Source of the DNA: Candidatus Woesearchaeota archaeon | GTDB taxonomy: Archaea > Nanobdellota > Nanobdellia > SCGC-AAA011-G17 > PNOQ01 | Reading direction: 5' to 3' | Length of the DNA stretch: 64,000 bases | NCBI GenBank assembly: GCA_964344655.1 | Contig: CAYFOF010000002.1 | Coordinates: 56,768 to 120,767 of the forward strand | Part shown: positions 58,776-64,000 of the stretch, piece after piece | Layout: every line of letters begins with the position of its first letter | Numbering within the stretch: the first letter of the stretch is position 1 | Program-made: the position numbers and the translations under genes | Notes under the pieces: model-generated | What the model saw: only the letters and a program-made list of their open reading frames with translations | What the model was told of the DNA's origin: nothing | Database searches by the model: none

Positions 58776-59846
58776 TTATTTATAAGCTTTTCTAAAAAAA
58801 GGAAATATACTAATTAGAGGAGCCATAGCAGGCAATCTTATATTTCTTTTTCCCGGTTTAACTCTCTTTTCAGAAGAAGGCATTTCCTCATCTGGCGTCG
58901 GAACATACACTAATCCAGGACCAATAACAAACTCATCAAAAACAGTTCCATCTGGATATCTTCCTTGTATTGTTAAAGAAGTTTCATCCCCAGTTATTGT
59001 AACATAATTATAAGTTGCTTCAGAATACTGTCTTGTCGCAAACGGATAATGATGATGTAAATCTAATCTATGTGGCACTCCACCAGATCCCCCAGTATTC
59101 AAATAATGAATCCCATTAATATAAAATCTCTCATAAGCATGTATATGTCCGCCAAAAACAATATCTACTTCATGATCTATAAAGTATTGATCAAAATCTC
59201 TAACCCATATAGCGGCTCCACGACTTCCAGAAGTATATCCTGGTCTGTGCAACATAACAAATTTATATGTTTTACCTGAAAATTGATTTAATGTAGCATT
59301 CAGCCAATCTTTTTGTTCTTGTAATCCTGCAACATTAGCATCAGCGGAATCAGAATCCGCATCTAACACAATAAAAATATAATCATCTTCTTCAATATAA
59401 TAATATTCCATATTTCCTAGTTTATCTGGTAAATGTGGGAAATATTGCATATAATGTTCAACACCAATAGCAGCATCATGATTTCCAATCGTAGGATAAT
59501 AAGGATAATTCTTTACTAAAACACCCGCAATTTCATGGAAAATGTTCCAATTATCTGGTCCACCCCATTGACCATGAACAACATCTCCAGTATTAATAAT
59601 CATATCTGGTTGATATTCTAAAATTCTTTCAACAATTTCGGTATGAATTGGTTTTGCAGGCTCATATCCTGCATGTGTATCACCATGCACAACAAAATGT
59701 ATTCTACCATCAACAACATAAGGAGTAGGAGTAATTCTTATTGGATCTCTAATATTTAGTTCTCCAATATCAATTCCTTCATAAGATTGAACTAAACTAA
59801 TTCCAAAAATCAATACAATTACCCCATATAATAAATGTCTATTCAT
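58776..59846 (-). CDS. secreted metallophosphoesterase (purple-acid-phosphatase-like)
   Basis: Signal peptide. Motifs GDTHAG, GDVVHG, GNHD and GHIHAYER. Confidence 0.7.
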   Translation of the reverse strand: MNRHLLYGVIVLIFGISLVQSYEGIDIGELNIRDPIRITPTPYVVDGRIHFVVHGDTHAGYEPAKPIHTEIVERILEYQPDMIINTGDVVHGQWGGPDNWNIFHEIAGVLVKNYPYYPTIGNHDAAIGVEHYMQYFPHLPDKLGNMEYYYIEEDDYIFIVLDADSDSADANVAGLQEQKDWLNATLNQFSGKTYKFVMLHRPGYTSGSRGAAIWVRDFDQYFIDHEVDIVFGGHIHAYERFYINGIHYLNTGGSGGVPHRLDLHHHYPFATRQYSEATYNYVTITGDETSLTIQGRYPDGTVFDEFVIGPGLVYVPTPDEEMPSSEKRVKPGKRNIRLPAMAPLISIFPFFRKAYK

Positions 59847-59860
59847 AATATTATTGAATT

Positions 59861-59987
59861 TAATCTATTTATAAAACTTACTTCTTTCTGTAAATTCTTC
59901 CATGAACATAAAAAGAAATCCCAACAACAAGTATTGTCAATCCAAAAACAACCCAAACTCCACCCATTGCATAACTAGGAGATAACA
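59861..59987. repeat. 127-bp exact direct repeat, copy 1 (3' end of a Cys-rich gene, the intergenic region and a TATA box)
   Basis: Identical by eye to 62199-62325. It encodes ...ILLSPSYAMGGVWVVFGLTILVVGISFYVHGRIYRKK* and contains TTTATAAA. Confidence 0.8.
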
Positions 59988-60876
59988 ATATTTTTTCAAC
60001 CCCTTGGTATTCATTTATTTGGGCAGCAGATTTTTGCACTCCATTCTCTTCGCTTTCATCAATTACAAACTGTTCAACCCCAATTATAGATGTACTTTCC
60101 TGAACAATATCATTTACATCATTGTCAGAAGAATCTCCAGAAGTTCCACTATAATCTGGAACACAACAAATTAACCCATGTCCATAACTAGTTTCACACT
60201 TTCTGTCATATCCAATATCACCATAATGAGAATATCCACTCAAACAACTATCAGTACAAACCCCGTTTACACTTGCACAATTATCTTGTACAGTAGCTCC
60301 ACTGGGACTATCATCTGCATAATTTTCACACCCACTAGTGTCATAAGCACAATTACTATTACAACTTATACTTCCAGTATCATGACCAAAATCACTACAA
60401 CTTTTACTAATTGCAGAACCATCACATTCTTCTCCAGAATCTACTACACCATTCCCACATAATTCTTCAACACATTCGTTACTCTCACAAGTACTTCCCG
60501 CATCACAACCACAATCATCACAACAATTGCTTGAATCTTCATCTCCTTCACACAAACCATCTCCACAAGTTGCACTCTCACAAGCACCCAAACCCGTAGC
60601 TCCACCCTCTTCATTACAATGTGGAGTATCACCAGGACAGCCACAAATAGTACACGCAGAAACTAAAGTACAAACACCAGCATCTTCTTCGCAATAAATT
60701 GGTTCATTCCCATCAACACAAGAGTTTGCTGGAGTACCATCTCCACACTCAGTACACCCATCGCCACCATCTATTGCACCACCAGCCTTACCAGTAAATA
60801 CATTTCCAAAATTAGTAAACATCAATACACTAACTAAAAACAAAGATACTAAAATAAACACATCTCTTTCTTTCAT
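59878..60876 (-). CDS. Cys-rich secreted protein with C-terminal TM anchor (paralog 1)
   Basis: Signal peptide. Many Cys in CGDG...EECD-type repeats. CASVNGVCTDSC...YDRKCETSYGHGLICCVP. C-terminal PSYAMGG-TM-RKK. Confidence 0.55.
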   Translation of the reverse strand: MKERDVFILVSLFLVSVLMFTNFGNVFTGKAGGAIDGGDGCTECGDGTPANSCVDGNEPIYCEEDAGVCTLVSACTICGCPGDTPHCNEEGGATGLGACESATCGDGLCEGDEDSSNCCDDCGCDAGSTCESNECVEELCGNGVVDSGEECDGSAISKSCSDFGHDTGSISCNSNCAYDTSGCENYADDSPSGATVQDNCASVNGVCTDSCLSGYSHYGDIGYDRKCETSYGHGLICCVPDYSGTSGDSSDNDVNDIVQESTSIIGVEQFVIDESEENGVQKSAAQINEYQGVEKILLSPSYAMGGVWVVFGLTILVVGISFYVHGRIYRKK

Positions 60877-60889
60877 AAAGATAAAATGA

Positions 60890-60902
60890 GCTTTTTATTT
60901 AT
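60890..60902 (-). promoter_or_regulatory. TATA box (minus strand) upstream of paralog 1
   Basis: The reverse complement of gctttttatttataaagtt gives ctTTATAAAt about 20 nt upstream of the start at 60876. Confidence 0.4.
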
Positions 60903-60907
60903 AAAGT

Positions 60908-62194
60908 TTACTTTCTATTTTTAAAGTCTCTAACAACATAAGTAAACATAAACACTAAACATCCAAAAATAACACCCACAAAAACTAAAAATTCTTCTAA
61001 ACTATATTCTTCAACTTCTGTTCTAGGTGAAAATGATGGGATTTCAAAATAAACTTCTTTTGAACCTTCTATTTCATTTTTCATTAATCCATTAATTGAG
61101 GGATCAACATACTCTTCAACATTAATATTAAATGTACTTAATCTTATGTCAGATGCAGTAACAATAATATCGATAACTCCATCCCCGTCTAAATCAATCT
61201 CCCTAGGAATTCCATCATACAATCTAACATTTATCGGATCAGAATAAATAATTACATCCACATACCCTCTTGAACCAGAAACACTATCTATTTCTATTCT
61301 ATGTTCTTCCATTTGATTACTATCTGAATTTTGAGTTATATCAAAAGTTATTTCATCATTCCTTCTCAAACCATCCCAATTAAAAGAACTATAACTAGTT
61401 TGTATTTGATCATTAATCTCCACTTCATTCTCTACGATAACAGCATCATCTGCGCTATAAGACTCGCCAGACGGCCCAGAACTAATTTTAGAACACTGTC
61501 CATCACTTTGACAAGAAAATTCAGAACCACAAGGACAACTTGCACAATCATTAACCAAATTTCCATCAGCATCACAATATTGAGGAGCATTTCCTGCCAC
61601 ACAATTACTTACTCCAGTTCCATCTGAACAAGTACTTGGAGCCGGAGCAACACAACCACCAGAACCTAAAACAACTTCACAAATTAAACCTGCAGAACAT
61701 GCTGGAGCCCCAGTTATATTTTCACAATCTGCTGGACAACCATTACAAGTTTCTTCTCCAGCATCACAAGTTCCATCACCACAATATCCAGTACAAGAAG
61801 AATTATCAAATTCACAAGAAGAACAAGCTAAAGTTCCACCATAAAAACCAACATCAGTACAATCATTTCCCCCCAATAAAGCACCATCACACGATTCACC
61901 CGGATCTAACAAAGAATCTCCACAATAATTTAAAGTCCTACAACAAACTCCTGGAGCTACACAAGTTCCACCAGCAGCATACAATTCAGTCTGACCAACA
62001 CAATTATTATCTATACAAGTTTCCCAAGCAGCATCTTCACACGTGGCTCCTCCGCCACCCGCCATTCCTGTATATCCATCATATTTTTCTGAAATTGATA
62101 AAAATACAAAACTACTAACAACAATAAAACCAATCAAATAAAATACAAAATATCTACTCATAAAGAAATTATCCCTCTTCATGTGATAAATCAT
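60908..62194 (-). CDS. Cys-rich secreted protein with C-terminal TM anchor (paralog 2, longer)
   Basis: N-terminal TM/signal. The block YCGDGTCDAGEETCNGCPADCENITGAPACSAGLICEVVLGSGGCVAP is nearly identical in pattern to paralog 3. C-terminal TM followed by RDFKNRK. Confidence 0.55.
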   Translation of the reverse strand: MIYHMKRDNFFMSRYFVFYLIGFIVVSSFVFLSISEKYDGYTGMAGGGGATCEDAAWETCIDNNCVGQTELYAAGGTCVAPGVCCRTLNYCGDSLLDPGESCDGALLGGNDCTDVGFYGGTLACSSCEFDNSSCTGYCGDGTCDAGEETCNGCPADCENITGAPACSAGLICEVVLGSGGCVAPAPSTCSDGTGVSNCVAGNAPQYCDADGNLVNDCASCPCGSEFSCQSDGQCSKISSGPSGESYSADDAVIVENEVEINDQIQTSYSSFNWDGLRRNDEITFDITQNSDSNQMEEHRIEIDSVSGSRGYVDVIIYSDPINVRLYDGIPREIDLDGDGVIDIIVTASDIRLSTFNINVEEYVDPSINGLMKNEIEGSKEVYFEIPSFSPRTEVEEYSLEEFLVFVGVIFGCLVFMFTYVVRDFKNRK

Positions 62195-62198
62195 AGCA

Positions 62199-62325
62199 TA
62201 ATCTATTTATAAAACTTACTTCTTTCTGTAAATTCTTCCATGAACATAAAAAGAAATCCCAACAACAAGTATTGTCAATCCAAAAACAACCCAAACTCCA
62301 CCCATTGCATAACTAGGAGATAATA
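62199..62325. repeat. 127-bp exact direct repeat, copy 2
   Basis: See 59861-59987. Confidence 0.8.
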
Positions 62326-63373
62326 AAATTCCTTGAAAACCTTTTTGCACATCTGGATTTATTGGAGAAGTTTGTATATTTTCTTCATCAATAACATAAT
62401 CTTCAACACTTCTTACACTTCCACTAATTCCTTCACTCTCTTCATTAGTTGATGAGCTTTCTTCACCAGGAACACTATAGCTTGGAACACAACAAATTAA
62501 TCCAGTTCCATAACTCATTTCACACTTCCTATCAAAATTTATATCCCCATAATGAACAAAACCATTAGCACATTCATCAGAACATACTCCATTAACATCT
62601 ACACAAGTTACCGGATTAGATACAATGATAGAATCTTCATCATCGTTTGTTGTTTCTTCCTCAACTGCATTACTACATCCACTAGTATCAAAAGATAAAC
62701 AATCTGAATTACAACTTAAACTTCCTGATAAAAAACCTTGAGTTACGCATGTTTTTGAATTTAAATCACTCCCATCACAGACTTCTGTTCCATCAATTAC
62801 ATTATTTCCACAAGCAGAGGGAGCTTCAACAACTGAACAAGTTCCAGAGCCCAAAATCACTTCACATATTTGATTAGAAGCACAAGCCGGAGCACCAGTC
62901 ACACCCTCACAATCACTAGGACATGAAGAACAAGTTTCATCAGCATCACAAGTTCCATCACCACAAGAAGAACCTTCTACCGAAGCTAATTGGCAATTAC
63001 TATCACAATAGCTACAAGACAATCCGGGACTAGGAGTACAAACTTCTCCATTATTTTCTCCACTATCGCATTCTTCGCCCGCATCTACATTTCCATCCCC
63101 ACAATAAGAAATCTCTTCACAACAAATATCTGGAGCTATACAAGTTCCCGAAGCAGGCTGTTGATTTGCTTGACTACAAGTAGGATCACAAAAAGCAGGA
63201 GCATCACAACTAGTTCCTGCCATCCCAGTAATTAATCTAAAATCATACACTAAATATCCAACAACATTACTTAAATCATAATTAATTTCATCTAAAGAAA
63301 ATGAAGAAACATATGGACTAATAAACAAAATAGAGGCAAAAACAACCAAAACCAAAAATATCTGTCCTTTCAC
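62216..63373 (-). CDS. Cys-rich secreted protein with C-terminal TM anchor (paralog 3)
   Basis: Signal peptide. YCGDGNVDAGEECD, CGDGTCDADETCSSCPSDCEGVTGAPACASNQICEVILGSG and CVDVNGVCSDECANGFVHYGDINFDRKCEMSYGTGLICCVP. The C-terminus is identical to paralog 1. Confidence 0.55.
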   Translation of the reverse strand: MKGQIFLVLVVFASILFISPYVSSFSLDEINYDLSNVVGYLVYDFRLITGMAGTSCDAPAFCDPTCSQANQQPASGTCIAPDICCEEISYCGDGNVDAGEECDSGENNGEVCTPSPGLSCSYCDSNCQLASVEGSSCGDGTCDADETCSSCPSDCEGVTGAPACASNQICEVILGSGTCSVVEAPSACGNNVIDGTEVCDGSDLNSKTCVTQGFLSGSLSCNSDCLSFDTSGCSNAVEEETTNDDEDSIIVSNPVTCVDVNGVCSDECANGFVHYGDINFDRKCEMSYGTGLICCVPSYSVPGEESSSTNEESEGISGSVRSVEDYVIDEENIQTSPINPDVQKGFQGILLSPSYAMGGVWVVFGLTILVVGISFYVHGRIYRKK

Positions 63374-63422
63374 TTAATATCACCTACTAACTAAAATATG
63401 TATTTTATTTTTATAAATGTTT

Positions 63423-64000
63423 TCATCTACCAGATGAAGGAATCATAAACACATTCGGATAAGAAATTCCTCTTTTATCATTACATGCCCCATTACTACA
63501 ACCATAAGGGCAAGAATAATCAGCATAAACAATATCATTCTCGCTACAAGAATATTGTCTTAAGGAAGTCCTTCCAATACATTCATCTTCTTCACTTCCA
63601 AAAATCCCATTATAATTAGAAACAAATCCTTTTATTTTTAAGTTATCAAATTCATCACTATCTACACACCCCATAGATTGATAATTAACCTCAACATAAT
63701 TGGCAGAATCTGTAACTCCATCAAATCTATCAACCGCTCTAACCTTAAATAAATAATCTCCCCAATCTAAAACTTCACTATTTGTAACATCATACGCTTC
63801 AATAAATTCATCAAAAAATCCATCTACCGCAGAACCATTATCCCAATCTCCATCATTAATATTAAATTCTACATTGAAAATTTTATTTATTGAAACATCA
63901 GAATAGTATGGATTAGGAGAAACATAAACATCAGACATTGCATCTCCTAAAATTGAAAAAGACTTTCCACTTTTACCAGCATAAGTATTAGTTACAACAG
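63423..64000 (-). CDS. hypothetical Cys-containing secreted-type protein (partial, extends beyond window)
   Basis: The ORF track starts it at Met 63938, but the frame stays open upstream to the window edge (…FSILGDAMSDV…). C-terminal CPYGCSNGAC. Confidence 0.3.
   Translation of the reverse strand, partial: VVTNTYAGKSGKSFSILGDAMSDVYVSPNPYYSDVSINKIFNVEFNINDGDWDNGSAVDGFFDEFIEAYDVTNSEVLDWGDYLFKVRAVDRFDGVTDSANYVEVNYQSMGCVDSDEFDNLKIKGFVSNYNGIFGSEEDECIGRTSLRQYSCSENDIVYADYSCPYGCSNGACNDKRGISYPNVFMIPSSGR

Noticed and set aside
60178-62118. His/Thr/Ile-rich ORFs (60178-60462, 60411-60599, 60444-60644, 61331-61627, 61636-62118) overlapping the Cys-rich surface-protein genes
   Set aside because: They are artefacts of reading Cys- and Gly-codon-rich sequence in other frames or strands. 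They have no start context, and the sense-strand proteins show clear paralogy.
1-64000. CRISPR array, rRNA or transposase/IS element
   Set aside because: No regularly spaced direct repeats, no rRNA-like conserved stretches and no transposase motifs were seen. The only tandem repeat (49797-49860) and the 127-bp direct repeats are coding or promoter-associated.

Overview
This is an AT-rich (roughly 30% GC) archaeal chromosome segment. The archaeal assignment rests on split RNA polymerase subunits (RpoB''/RpoB', RpoA'/RpoA''), RpoH, L30e, aEF-2/EF-1alpha, a short KH-type NusA, intron-containing tRNAs with a C1:G72 tRNA-Tyr, TTTATAAA box promoters and oligo-T terminators. Short genes, a small-genome feel and many secreted proteins suggest a DPANN-like lineage, but that is inference. 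Housekeeping content: the conserved rpoH-rpoB''-rpoB'-rpoA'-rpoA''-L30e-nusA-S12-S7 block, EF-2, EF-1alpha and S10 (interrupted by minus-strand inserts); thyX and tmk; a SufS-like cysteine desulfurase; glmS; pheS and pheT; trpS with an adjacent tRNA-Trp; aCPSF1 and the proteasome beta subunit; an Lhr helicase operon with a metallophosphoesterase; and five tRNAs, two of which carry introns. Accessory content of most interest: (i) two secreted proteins that share an RHS/YD-repeat core terminus (RYYDPxxGRFxSxDP...DPxG) and are about 80-88% identical at DNA level over roughly 220 bp, but carry unrelated C-terminal domains (an L,D-transpeptidase-like domain in one, an unknown domain plus a dense N-glycosylation sequon array in the other), which is the architecture of a polymorphic toxin; (ii) three tandem Cys-rich, C-terminally anchored surface proteins, two of which end in an identical 127-bp segment that also carries the next gene's promoter; (iii) a cluster of secreted adhesin-like proteins; (iv) a bacterial-type Lgt; (v) a truncated dph2 remnant; (vi) a SET-domain protein, an AlkD-like repair protein, a PglC-like sugar transferase without the membrane hairpin, and an Rmf-like small protein. 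No CRISPR array, rRNA, intein or obvious transposase is visible.
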